From IMG/VR virus record IMGVR_UViG_3300024259_000012: a stretch of 64,000 bases of DNA, one strand, 5' to 3'. The position numbers and the translations under genes are program-made. This document shows positions 48,715 to 57,782 of this stretch, in pieces. This DNA comes from a virus. Below the pieces are notes generated by a model. That model searched no databases. It saw only the letters and a program-made list of their open reading frames with translations, and was not told where the DNA came from. The stretch's first letter is position 1. The number at the start of each line of letters is the position of its first letter.

Positions 48715-50367
48715 TTAAACGACCTTAAATTCATTTTTCCATTTATTTTTCGGACTGAAAAACAATCGAGCAATGTTGCTGTCCAATGCGTATGACATTG
48801 AGAAGTCTTTGTTATTTCGTGTTGACCTCCCCAATCCCTGTATGATTTTGTATATGGTCATTAGCTCATATATGTCAGGATAATTATCAAATATGTATCG
48901 TATCCTCTTATCACCCAATGACGGGTATGGTGCCTTCGTAAGAATTTGAAACCGTGATTCATCGTCAGGCAAATCAATACCCTCAAATAACGACGGTGAT
49001 ATCAAAACCGACGGCTTGCCGTTTGTCTTGTGGTCATGCACAGAATCAGCCAATAAGCTTCCACGCTCATGCTCAACCAAGTTTCCCGCCCTGCGTTTTC
49101 TAATTACATTCGCCACCTGCTCGGTAAGCTTAAATGATGATGTCAATATTATACCATTCACATCAGCATGTTCTTTGATAATGTCCGCTACAACGTTTCC
49201 GACCTGATTCACAAAGGCGGGGTTGTTCAAATTTTTATAATTGTAACTACCGTGCTTCAAAAATGCTACACTCTTACTCTCCTGCTTGAACACCGGCGAT
49301 GACTTAATAAATTTTATGTCACTGCGTGGGATTCTCAATGTCTGTGAAATAAATGAAGCATCAATCGTAGCAGACATAAATAATGAATAATCTGTTGTGC
49401 GAAGACGCTTGAACATGCTACCAACAAAAATTGGAGTTATGATGAGTCCATTATCTTGAATGTCGATTGCATATTCATTTTTCTGTGTTTGCACTTCAAA
49501 AATATTACCGGATATGCTCTTAAACATCTTGATAATTTTAGCATAAGATGTATACGCTTTCATATTATTTGCACCAAAATATCGCTTGGCCTGTTCCTCA
49601 TATTCTGCGATGATTTCCTCACATAGCTGTTTCATGGCTTCAATGTATGTGCCATAATTTGACAGGGTGACCCTGCCGGTGTGCAACGCCGATGAAAATT
49701 TATCAATGCGTGGAGCGAAGCCGTCAAATCCCTCAGTCTGGAAGGTATTCATCCGAGACTTCCAAAATTTCAAATTGGACATGGTGAGCTTAAGTGCCAT
49801 ATGATTGCTAAACGTGTCGTTAATTAAATGCGCTTCGTCAAATACTGCTATTTGCCGTTGTTGAAATTGTTGGTTGTACATCGCTGATATGAAGTAGTAT
49901 GAATAATTTGTGATAAAATGGCTCGCCTTGTATTTGCGCTCCTTTAATTCTTTAAACTCACATGCATCACATTTCAGCCTATTGACACCTTTCAATTCTT
50001 TCATAATGCAGTGCTCAGCGGTGTCCTGCAATACAGCACACCCATAGTTGTTGGCACCCTTCACCGTAACAAAGGCATTTCCATACTTTGAAAATGATTC
50101 CCTATACTGCTTGGTCAGCGTATTTGTGCTCATTAAAATGTATGAGCTTGGTGCAGGAACGTCTGTTAATTTTGCTATACATTCCGCTACAATCACAGCA
50201 ACGATAGATTTACCGGTTCCCGTTGGGGCGGACAGCACCACATATTCCTTCTTTTCGTCAATATATGCCACTACAATATCATTGACTAAAGACAACTGAT
50301 TATCTCTTGGCTTCAAATCAAATTTTCTGAAGCAATCCAGTATCAATTTTTCATATTTAATCTTCAT
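48715..50367 (-). CDS. DinG/XPD-family SF2 helicase
   Basis: RDNQ, APTGTGKS, Cys cluster, DEAH, MSAT, EGIDL, QGLGRSTR. Confidence 0.9.
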   Translation of the reverse strand: MKIKYEKLILDCFRKFDLKPRDNQLSLVNDIVVAYIDEKKEYVVLSAPTGTGKSIVAVIVAECIAKLTDVPAPSSYILMSTNTLTKQYRESFSKYGNAFVTVKGANNYGCAVLQDTAEHCIMKELKGVNRLKCDACEFKELKERKYKASHFITNYSYYFISAMYNQQFQQRQIAVFDEAHLINDTFSNHMALKLTMSNLKFWKSRMNTFQTEGFDGFAPRIDKFSSALHTGRVTLSNYGTYIEAMKQLCEEIIAEYEEQAKRYFGANNMKAYTSYAKIIKMFKSISGNIFEVQTQKNEYAIDIQDNGLIITPIFVGSMFKRLRTTDYSLFMSATIDASFISQTLRIPRSDIKFIKSSPVFKQESKSVAFLKHGSYNYKNLNNPAFVNQVGNVVADIIKEHADVNGIILTSSFKLTEQVANVIRKRRAGNLVEHERGSLLADSVHDHKTNGKPSVLISPSLFEGIDLPDDESRFQILTKAPYPSLGDKRIRYIFDNYPDIYELMTIYKIIQGLGRSTRNNKDFSMSYALDSNIARLFFSPKNKWKNEFKVV

Positions 50368-50539
50368 CGTATAACCTTTTCATTCGCTCCTGCTTGCCCT
50401 TTTCGAGCTTTTTGCGTTGATACGTTTCTCTCGCCTTGCGAAGGATTTCACTTTTATTTCGTTCGTAATGTTCCGCTTGTCATTTGCGCTGAGCCTTTCG
50501 GCGTTCCGCATCTGACTTATATTTAAGCTTTCTACCCAT
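50357..50539 (-). CDS. 60-aa basic MGRKK-family protein, TGA=Trp at codon 20
   Basis: MGRKLKYKSDAERRKAQRK(TGA 50480)QAEHYERNKSEILRKARETY. Confidence 0.7.
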
Positions 50540-51584
50540 TATGCTCTTTCGCAAATTTGTCCAACCCAATAAAACACATGGTTAGTCACGTTTCCAAATT
50601 TGGCAATGCTTGATGGATTTGGTCTTCAAGTACCATCTTCTCAAATGCAAATTTATTCAGCGTTGGTATGTCACCCTTGACCAAGCCTCTCAGTGTAGAT
50701 TTGGCGTGCGAGCTTATGTCAACATCATGCAATTGCATCAATTTATAATTGAGACCAAGCACATCCTTGCTGTTCAATATGTTCTCATGTACAGCCAACG
50801 AGCCGGTCTCAGCCGCTTCAAATAAATCATTCACCGTAAATACTGCAGGTTCAACAATTTCAGGAAACCTCTTAACCAGCGTTTTCAGTCCGACGCCTTT
50901 GACGCCAGGAATATTATCAGATTTGTCACCCTCAAGAATTCTATACATCAAAAAATTGTGTGGTGGAATTTCATAATCCCGTTGCACAGCAAGTGGATTG
51001 TATAAAACCTTTTTGGTTGGAGACCACACGGAAATCCGGTCATTTACAAGTTGTAAGAAATCCTTGTCCGTGCTCATTATAACTATATTACTTTCGGTCA
51101 GCAACTGCTTGGAAATATAAGCCATTGAATCATCGGCTTCTATATTTTCAATCGTCACAATTGTCATTGGAAGATGTTTGAGATATTCCAATGCTCGCTG
51201 AATCTGCATGTACATGGACTGTTTTTCATCCTCAACAGAACTGAATTCATCCGACCTATTTACTTTTGATGCAATCTTGCGATTTGCTTTATATTCGGGA
51301 AATAGTTTCTTGCGCCGCTTTGACCCGCCCTTACCATCAAATGTGATAATGACACGAGTTGGTTGTATGGTTTTTATTGCATACCCAACCGAGCGTAAAA
51401 ATCCCGTGATGCCACCCACATGAACCCCATTTACATTGGTAGTTGGGGTCACCGCAAAAGCACGGATAAATGTGTTTAGACCATCTATTATTAAAACCTT
51501 GCTGTCAGTTTCAAGGCTGTCAGCGTTTTCATGCTCATCTTTTAACTGAGTCATGATATTATTAAAAATCTTTCTATCAATCAT
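50532..51584 (-). CDS. 5'-3' exonuclease/flap endonuclease (T4 RNase H-like), TGA=Trp near the C-terminus
   Basis: IDGLN, FDG, YKANR, EADD, STDKD, GDKSDNIPGV; LPNLET(TGA 50586)L. Confidence 0.92.
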
Positions 51585-51587
51585 ATT

Positions 51588-51730
51588 ATACCCGTTTCCA
51601 AGACAAACGAACGGGTATTTTATACTTTTTTATGTAACCATATATTTATACAAGAACATACAACCTAATAAAATACCCTATTTCGTTTATCACCTAAGTA
51701 GATTTTCTTAGCCGCCAAGCCTTCTACTTA
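51588..51730 (-). promoter_or_regulatory. structured intergenic leader with competing hairpins
   Basis: Stems 51588-96/51610-18, 51605-23/51668-88 and 51695-702/51723-30. Confidence 0.5.
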
Positions 51731-51733
51731 ATT

Positions 51734-52825
51734 TTATTCATCAACGATTTCAATATCCTCTTCATCATGGACTTCGGCATCGCTTTTGTATTCCATTATT
51801 AAAGCACCACATATCAAATCATATATGTACTCTTCAAGACCTTCATTCTCTGCAAGAGCTTCTTTAAATTTCGCAGGGGTGAATTTAATCACCTTATCGT
51901 TGAACTCAACAACATACGAATTTTTCTCTTTCTTACACAATTTGTAGTCTTTTAGCACCACAAGCCAACTCGCATAATCATCTATACCAGAATCAAAATA
52001 CATGTGGAACTCCGCTTTTCTTAACGGTGGACCCAATCTGTTTTTTGTGATTTCACACTTGGTTTTCATACCAACGATTTCTTCACTTTTCTTAATTCTT
52101 CCAAGATTTGAAAGACGGATGCGAACCGATGCGTGGAATGGCAATGCTTTACCACCCGATGTTGTATATTTATCACCGAACATTGCACCTAATTTGTCAC
52201 GCAATTGATTAGTAAAAACTATTGCAATTTTTTCTTTGCTGATTAAATTGGTAATTTTTCTCATAGCCTTAGACATGATAATTGCTTTTGCCGTAGCCCA
52301 GCCTTCCTTATCAAAATCTTGCTCCATTTCTACCTTTGTGGATGCGCCCGCCACGCTATCAACTAAAATAGCAACAAGCCTGTCGCTATCACCTTCACGA
52401 ACCTTGGCAATAATGTCTTCAATTGTTTCAAAAACATCTTCCATAGTTTCCGCTGGGACATACACCATCTCTTGTGTATTAACACCAATTGCATTTAAAA
52501 ATTGTCGGCTAACCGCAGATTCAGTATCAATGTATACTGCGATTCCACCTTTTTTCTGACACTCTGCCAGAATGTGTGCGCCAACCAAACTTTTACCGGA
52601 CGCTTCAAGGCCATTAATTTCACATATTCTACCAACTGGTATTCCACCATGTGGCATATTTGCAATGCGTAAATCTAATATACTTGAGCCGGTTGAAATT
52701 CAATCGGAAATATCAGCGGGATTTTCATCATCAAGAAAATGTGCAACCTTTAGTCCGCCACCTGAATTCAAGGAATCTGCAATTGAATTAACAAGCACAT
52801 CTTCCCTATCTATTGTATCTGTCAT
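51734..52825 (-). CDS. recA: RecA/UvsX recombinase, TGA=Trp at codon 42
   Basis: D(TGA 52700)ISTGSSILD, GLEASGKS, IDTE, VDSVA, TNQLR, SGGKAL.F. Confidence 0.95.
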
Positions 52826-52846
52826 ATTTTTCTCCATCATGTAATT

Positions 52847-52868
52847 GGGGCGAAGTTGCCTCCGCCCC
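52847..52868 (-). terminator. GC-rich hairpin with a GCAA tetraloop between SSB and recA
   Basis: GGGGCGGAG-GCAA-CTTCGCCCC; no U-tract, so possibly a stabiliser or processing stem rather than a terminator. Confidence 0.5.
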
Positions 52869-52885
52869 TGTTATTACTTTACCGT

Positions 52886-53665
52886 TTATGCTGTTGCCTT
52901 GGCCTTGTTGAACAGGTCATCGAAATCAGCGGCGGTTGCAGACTGGGATGTAACCTCAGCCTGTTGTGGTGATGGAGTGTCGGTTACTTCAGTATCTTCT
53001 TCTTCATCCGTTGGATTCAGATATTGGACTAAAGCATCCTTCAAGTCATCATATGTTAATTCCTGATAGACTTCCCTAATATCCTTTTGGTTATTAAGTA
53101 GTGCATCCAACTGAGCTTTGTTCTCAGTCAATGGTGTCTGATTAGGTTTAACACGGATTGTTGTTTTTGGAAAGTTTGCGCCGGTTTCTTCCTTTGGAAT
53201 GAATTTCACCGTGATGTCACGACCGTTTAACGGGTCTGAAATATCACCATAATCTTCATCAAGAAAGAATTCCATTAGCTCAGTATTAACTAACTTTCCA
53301 AAGCCCCAAAACTTAACACCTTGAGCTTCTTCACCACGAACAACTACAGGTAGAAATGTACGTGTTTTGGCCTCAAGTTTACGAGCCATTTGATAAGAAT
53401 CCTTATCTCCGTTTGCTCTTAGTTTAATTGCGAATTCTTCGATTGGGTCAGGACGACCGAATGAAAGGGGTGACAAGTATGTTTTTCCACCAATGTCATA
53501 GTGGAATTGCATTTCAATAAATGGATTATCCGGTACGTGCTTATATGGTACTACACGAATGACCGTTTCACCATTAGTTGGTTTTCACAGGCTTGTGGTT
53601 TTGTTTGACTCGCTGTTTAATTGTGTTAGTTTTTTACGAAGTGCATCAAGATTGATTGCTCCCAT
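52886..53665 (-). CDS. single-stranded DNA-binding protein (T4 gp32-like), TGA=Trp at codon 27
   Basis: L(TGA 53585)KP...IRVVPY...PFIE..FHY, VVVRGEE, FWGFGK, GRDI, acidic tail; GAGGAG SD. Confidence 0.88.
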
Positions 53666-53679
53666 GGGTGTTCTCCTCT

Positions 53680-53706
53680 TTTGTTATTTGTCATTTGTCT
53701 TTTGTC
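53680..53706 (-). repeat. four 7-nt-period (G/A)ACAAA repeats abutting the SSB SD
   Basis: GACAAA-A-GACAAA-T-GACAAA-T-AACAAA-A-GAGGAG. Confidence 0.7.
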
Positions 53707-53746
53707 GATGGCCATTAGTTGTCTTGCAACCTTTTCCATACATTAA

Positions 53747-53775
53747 TATATAGCATATATATTCGCCAAATGCAC
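53747..53775 (-). promoter_or_regulatory. promoter GTGCAT-N17-TATATA with TG extension
   Basis: 17-nt spacer; upstream AAAATAATTCAAAA tracts. Confidence 0.55.
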
Positions 53776-53815
53776 GTTTATTTTGGGTTTTTTTGAATTA
53801 TTTTTGAATTATTTT

Positions 53816-54004
53816 TTAGTAAATCTGGGATAGGATGCTTTCATAAACAAAGTCAGCGTCCTCGTTAACCCAATCAAGCTCCTGCTCAGTTAGGTCACGT
53901 CCGTCTATACTCGCCTGTGAAATGAACGCATCACAATAATCTGGGGCGTCTTTGGAATTGATATCTTCTACATAAACATCTTCTAATTTTGATAAGTCTA
54001 CCAC
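53816..54004 (-). CDS. conserved phage hypothetical protein
   Basis: DAPDYCDAFISQA...LTEQEL; start codon uncertain. Confidence 0.65.
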   Translation of the reverse strand: MVDLSKLEDVYVEDINSKDAPDYCDAFISQASIDGRDLTEQELDWVNEDADFVYESILSQIY

Positions 54005-54058
54005 GAACCATGTTCTCCTATAATTACACCACATATGTTGTCATTTCCCTCACACCCT

Positions 54059-54087
54059 ATAATACAACATTTTTCTGCGATATGCAA
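54059..54087 (-). promoter_or_regulatory. sigma70-like promoter TTGCAT-N17-TATTAT
   Basis: 17-nt spacer; A-rich UP-like tract. Confidence 0.7.
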
Positions 54088-54106
54088 GAACTATTTTGAA
54101 TTATTT

Positions 54107-54298
54107 TTATACAATCCATTCTTCATCTACTCGTGTTTTGCCACATTTAACGCATGTGTAAGTAACCGCAAATCCACGCTTCCTTACATACGTCCCAAAC
54201 AGCGACACATAGCCGTACGAACGTTCCAATGAACGGGAGTCAGTTTTCTCATAGATGTGTGAATAGCACCTATTTTTGAACCAATTTAGTCCCAACAT
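54107..54298 (-). CDS. small Cys/His protein
   Basis: CYSH...CVKC. Confidence 0.55.
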   Translation of the reverse strand: MLGLNWFKNRCYSHIYEKTDSRSLERSYGYVSLFGTYVRKRGFAVTYTCVKCGKTRVDEEWIV

Positions 54299-54630
54299 GA
54301 TTTCGTCCATTCCCATTGACCATCTTCACGGAGTTGAATTCGCACGTCACCTTCGGAGTAATCCTTCTGACCTTCAAAATATGCATATTCCATCGCTTTG
54401 CGAACGCTTGCTTTGATGGTTGTTGAATTTGAGGCATCTACTTCTATGGCCGATGACTCGCTGATAATATCATCAGTTACTATAATTGTAGTTACCGGTG
54501 CCGTAGACGTGAGCGTACCATTAATGATTCCAATATGGTCGTGCGACCCATCACATCCAGCACTCTGCGCAGTTATCGCCGATGTGAACCCTATAAAGCG
54601 TGCTATCAGGCTCGTCCCATTCATAACCAT
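54286..54630 (-). CDS. hypothetical protein, start uncertain
   Basis: The C-terminal AYFEGQKD..GDVRI...WTKS.WD looks genuine; the 5' part overlaps the upstream ORF. Confidence 0.5.
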   Translation of the reverse strand: MVMNGTSLIARFIGFTSAITAQSAGCDGSHDHIGIINGTLTSTAPVTTIIVTDDIISESSAIEVDASNSTTIKASVRKAMEYAYFEGQKDYSEGDVRIQLREDGQWEWTKSCWD

Positions 54631-54733
54631 TGTGCTTATTGATGTGATGTCCTGGCTCTATTTCTTCTCGGATTTTCTTGTCAACTCTCGCTTTATGAAA
54701 GTCCGACAAGTCCCTATAATCGGTCATTGTCAT
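54521..54733 (-). CDS. hypothetical protein
   Basis: GGAG SD; ends at TGA 54551 or TAA 54521. Confidence 0.45.
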
Positions 54734-54980
54734 TGTGCACTCCATTTTTAGGCTTCTCAAGCAACTGCTTCACAACATCAACAATTGCCAATAGTTCATC
54801 TATTTCCTCAAACTTCAAAACTTGGTCGCCCTCATCATTCAGTTGAGTGAGCTTAATAATTTCACCGCCGCCCTCATCATCCAATGCGACCTCAGTTACG
54901 AGGTCGCCGAATATTGGACTTGTTTCAGACATTGGGAACACATTAATTTGTATCACCTTTGATTTATATTTTTTAGACAT
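54714..54980 (-). CDS. hypothetical protein
   Basis: ORF in operon. Confidence 0.6.
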   Translation of the reverse strand: MSKKYKSKVIQINVFPMSETSPIFGDLVTEVALDDEGGGEIIKLTQLNDEGDQVLKFEEIDELLAIVDVVKQLLEKPKNGVHNDNDRL

Positions 54981-55461
54981 CTTCAACCTTCGTTAAAGCA
55001 ACACCATCTGGGTGCTCATGAGAAAGCTTCGCAAGCTTGCCCACACGGGTGCTAAGTCTAATCACCATTCGCATGATGTATAGTCCTGCCCAAACTGCTC
55101 CGATGAGTAAGAATAGCGGCCATATCAAGAATACGATAATCCAACTCACTCCGCCGCCAAGGCCAACCAACATCAAACCAAGAGCGTCCCATGTATATTG
55201 TGTAGGTGCCCCTGAGTCTGAATAATTTCCATAGGGTTCAACGCCCATTTGCAGTCCGTATTCATCCTTGAAAAACCACTTGAACGGGGTGGCGTAAATT
55301 GAAACCTGCTTCCACCAATTTGGTGCAAAGGCACGGTCACCATCATAAAGATATTGTTTCAGTTTTGACAGCATTGGCAACACTATGGTCAAAAATGCTA
55401 AAACTGTGGTGGACACTATTATACCATACATACCAAGTGTATCATAAATTTCAAATAACAT
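54973..55461 (-). CDS. membrane protein (tandem paralogue of 55463-55936)
   Basis: Shared QY..DG..A..P.WW, P.KW, WPL, RL...V.KLA...H.HP. Confidence 0.75.
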   Translation of the reverse strand: MLFEIYDTLGMYGIIVSTTVLAFLTIVLPMLSKLKQYLYDGDRAFAPNWWKQVSIYATPFKWFFKDEYGLQMGVEPYGNYSDSGAPTQYTWDALGLMLVGLGGGVSWIIVFLIWPLFLLIGAVWAGLYIMRMVIRLSTRVGKLAKLSHEHPDGVALTKVEDV

Positions 55462-55462
55462 A

Positions 55463-55936
55463 TTAATCTCCTACCATTGTGTGTTCAACATCCTTTGGAT
55501 GCTTGTGTGCAAATTGTGCGAGCTTGACAACTTTCTTGGTGAGTCTGGTGACTGCACGTAAAAGGTACAGGGCACCCCATAATGACAAGCATACAATCAC
55601 AAGTGGCCATAAAAGAATTACAGCCGCCCAAGAAATCGCATTTAACATACTTACAAACATTTCCTCACCGTCCCAGCTTGCGGGCGATGGCGTGTCCGTA
55701 TCATCATAATCATACTTTGGACTGACCCCATAATACTTATCGTCCTCTATCCACTTATACGGAAATACAAATCGTGAGAGGGGAACCCACCATTTTGGAA
55801 CGTGGGCATAGGTGCCATCATTGATATACTGTACAAGCTTGGTGGCTATTGGCACCAACATTGTCATGAATATCATTGCTGACCCCGCTACAATAGCGGC
55901 GTATTCAGCTACGGCTTTGTAAATTTCTTGGTACAT
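55463..55936 (-). CDS. membrane protein (tandem paralogue of 54973-55461)
   Basis: Same shared motifs; AAGGAG SD. Confidence 0.75.
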   Translation of the reverse strand: MYQEIYKAVAEYAAIVAGSAMIFMTMLVPIATKLVQYINDGTYAHVPKWWVPLSRFVFPYKWIEDDKYYGVSPKYDYDDTDTPSPASWDGEEMFVSMLNAISWAAVILLWPLVIVCLSLWGALYLLRAVTRLTKKVVKLAQFAHKHPKDVEHTMVGD

Positions 55937-56067
55937 GTTGTTTTCTCCTTTATTTGTTTTAGCAAGTCGCTTGCCTCTGTCAACCCATAGTTGAAAAGCA
56001 TTTCTTCAAGCGGTGCTATCAGTTTTTTCAATTTCCGAACTTGATGTGGGCTTAGTCCGCTTTTCAT
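55909..56067 (-). CDS. 52-aa hypothetical protein
   Basis: MKSGLSPHQVRKLKKLIAPLEEMLFNYGL; fills the gap. Confidence 0.4.
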   Translation of the reverse strand: MKSGLSPHQVRKLKKLIAPLEEMLFNYGLTEASDLLKQIKEKTTCTKKFTKP

Positions 56068-56078
56068 TTCATACCACG

Positions 56079-57029
56079 TTAGAATTGGCCGTACTCCACT
56101 TGGAAAGTTGGTATTCCAACTACCTCTCTCCAGTGTTCAATCATTTGGTCACGGTCATCCAAAATGAACAACACATTGTATTTGCCCTTGATTTCAGCTT
56201 CATACAATTCATCCTTGATAATTGAATCTCTCCTTGAATCGTTTGGTGCTCTCATAAATAAGTTGTCACCATACTTTACAGTAAAGGCGGTCTTATCTCT
56301 GAACCACCGAAGTGTTTCGTCACGGGCGTTTCCATCACGACCTGATAAGAATATGATTTTAACTCGTTCATGCTGTTCATCCCATGGTAACATATCATTG
56401 TGAAATTGATATGTTTCTAATATATGTTGAACTGGGGCATTCACATCATCCTCGTACACAGCAGACCAATCAAATGGACTTCTACCAGTCATCTTAGCGA
56501 TGGTTCCGTCAATGTCAACCAAGATACATTTTGGCAATGACTCATCTTGGTCAATGTAAAATGACTCATTCTTTGTTGGTGGATAGTATGTCTCAGGAAC
56601 CAACAAAAGCTTTCCTGGCTTGATATACTTGTTATAGAACGTATCTACCACATCCGGTGGAACTGCATCTTCACGGTTGTCATTCCGCCTGTGAGCCTCT
56701 TTCAAGGTCACTTCAACCATTGTTTCAACTACCTTCACATCACCAACTTTTTGAGCGATGGCGTGCCATTCGTTGACAGTCTTTTGACGCAAGTTTGTAT
56801 CATCGGTTACAACATTCAACCCCTTTTTCAAAGCGTCAAACGCCATAGCTTGGGTTGCCTTCGTGATTATGGTCTCATTTTTCTGAGTGAAAACTGACAT
56901 GTTCATCATTTTTCTAAACTCATCACGATTGATTCTAACCCAAGATTTTGGGTTTTTAGCAACAAATTTACGTGCTTCTGTTGATTTTCCGGATGCCGGA
57001 ATTCCTCTATATATTCTAAGTGTCTGCAT
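56079..57029 (-). CDS. pseT: polynucleotide 5'-kinase/3'-phosphatase (T4 PseT-like)
   Basis: GIPASGKST, RINRD, DDTNL; DIDGT, LSGR, K, LDDR. Confidence 0.92.
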   Translation of the reverse strand: MQTLRIYRGIPASGKSTEARKFVAKNPKSWVRINRDEFRKMMNMSVFTQKNETIITKATQAMAFDALKKGLNVVTDDTNLRQKTVNEWHAIAQKVGDVKVVETMVEVTLKEAHRRNDNREDAVPPDVVDTFYNKYIKPGKLLLVPETYYPPTKNESFYIDQDESLPKCILVDIDGTIAKMTGRSPFDWSAVYEDDVNAPVQHILETYQFHNDMLPWDEQHERVKIIFLSGRDGNARDETLRWFRDKTAFTVKYGDNLFMRAPNDSRRDSIIKDELYEAEIKGKYNVLFILDDRDQMIEHWREVVGIPTFQVEYGQF

Positions 57030-57252
57030 TTATAATTCCCGCCTCCAAATCCTTAATATATTCAACCGCCAAGTCAATGGCTTTCATGGCACACCCCTGT
57101 CTTGACTGTGTGCCGTCTTTATGTGTCCGCAACTCACCGTTGCCATCCATTGGGTCGTATTCAAATTCTGCGAGTGGAATCTTTGAATCTTCACTCTCAA
57201 CTATAATAGTGTCGTTAGCTTCAAAATCCCACCAATATTTACTTGACATCAT
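57016..57252 (-). CDS. hypothetical protein
   Basis: ORF with GGAG SD. Confidence 0.6.
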   Translation of the reverse strand: MMSSKYWWDFEANDTIIVESEDSKIPLAEFEYDPMDGNGELRTHKDGTQSRQGCAMKAIDLAVEYIKDLEAGIINADT

Positions 57253-57782
57253 GCTATCTCCTTGTATTCAAACAATTCGTCCAGCATTTTCCACGCTTTG
57301 GCAAACTGATTTCCACGCTTCAGTGCAAACCTGAATACCGGATATTCTCTACGATACTGCGAATATAGTCGGTGACCCTCAGCTTTTGAATTACTTCCAT
57401 TTGCATAGCGGTCACACATTTTCAAAAAGGTTCCCAATCGGCTATCACGGGTCTTTGGCAGGGTCTTGAACATGCGTTCAATTCTGTTCTTCCCAGATTC
57501 ATCTGTGACTGAGAAAATAACATCGGCTTCGTCTGTACCAAACTTAGATTCAACCTTGTTGTATGACATACCAGTGTCTTCAATCAAATCGTGACCAAAT
57601 ACAGCCCGAATTAAAATCTCATAATCGTGCTTCGAAAGACTGTCATCCATGAATAAATCAATAATTTCACGAACCATATCCAAATGAACACTGTATGATT
57701 TTCCAGTACCATATGTCTGTTTAACTTGGTCGTGCTTACTCTTAGCAAACGCTCTCAATTCTTTGATGTCATTTATTATCAT
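57249..57782 (-). CDS. HD-domain hydrolase, SpoT/Mesh1-like small alarmone hydrolase
   Basis: H..V.Q..G...Y..HL, GHDLIEDT, VTD, K.CDR..N; ends at TGA (57201 if read through). Confidence 0.8.
   Translation of the reverse strand: MIINDIKELRAFAKSKHDQVKQTYGTGKSYSVHLDMVREIIDLFMDDSLSKHDYEILIRAVFGHDLIEDTGMSYNKVESKFGTDEADVIFSVTDESGKNRIERMFKTLPKTRDSRLGTFLKMCDRYANGSNSKAEGHRLYSQYRREYPVFRFALKRGNQFAKAWKMLDELFEYKEIA

Noticed and set aside
8615-53587. UGA as Gly (code 25) or selenocysteine; TAG as Gln (code 15)
   Set aside because: The internal repeat and conserved motifs point to Trp, not Gly or Cys. TAG acts as a normal terminator at several coupled gene ends (e.g. 9792, 40275, 43761).
54521-54630. Overlap of about 110 nt between two ORFs as a programmed frameshift or dual coding
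   Set aside because: No slippery site, and the start of the downstream ORF is uncertain; cannot be resolved without homologues.
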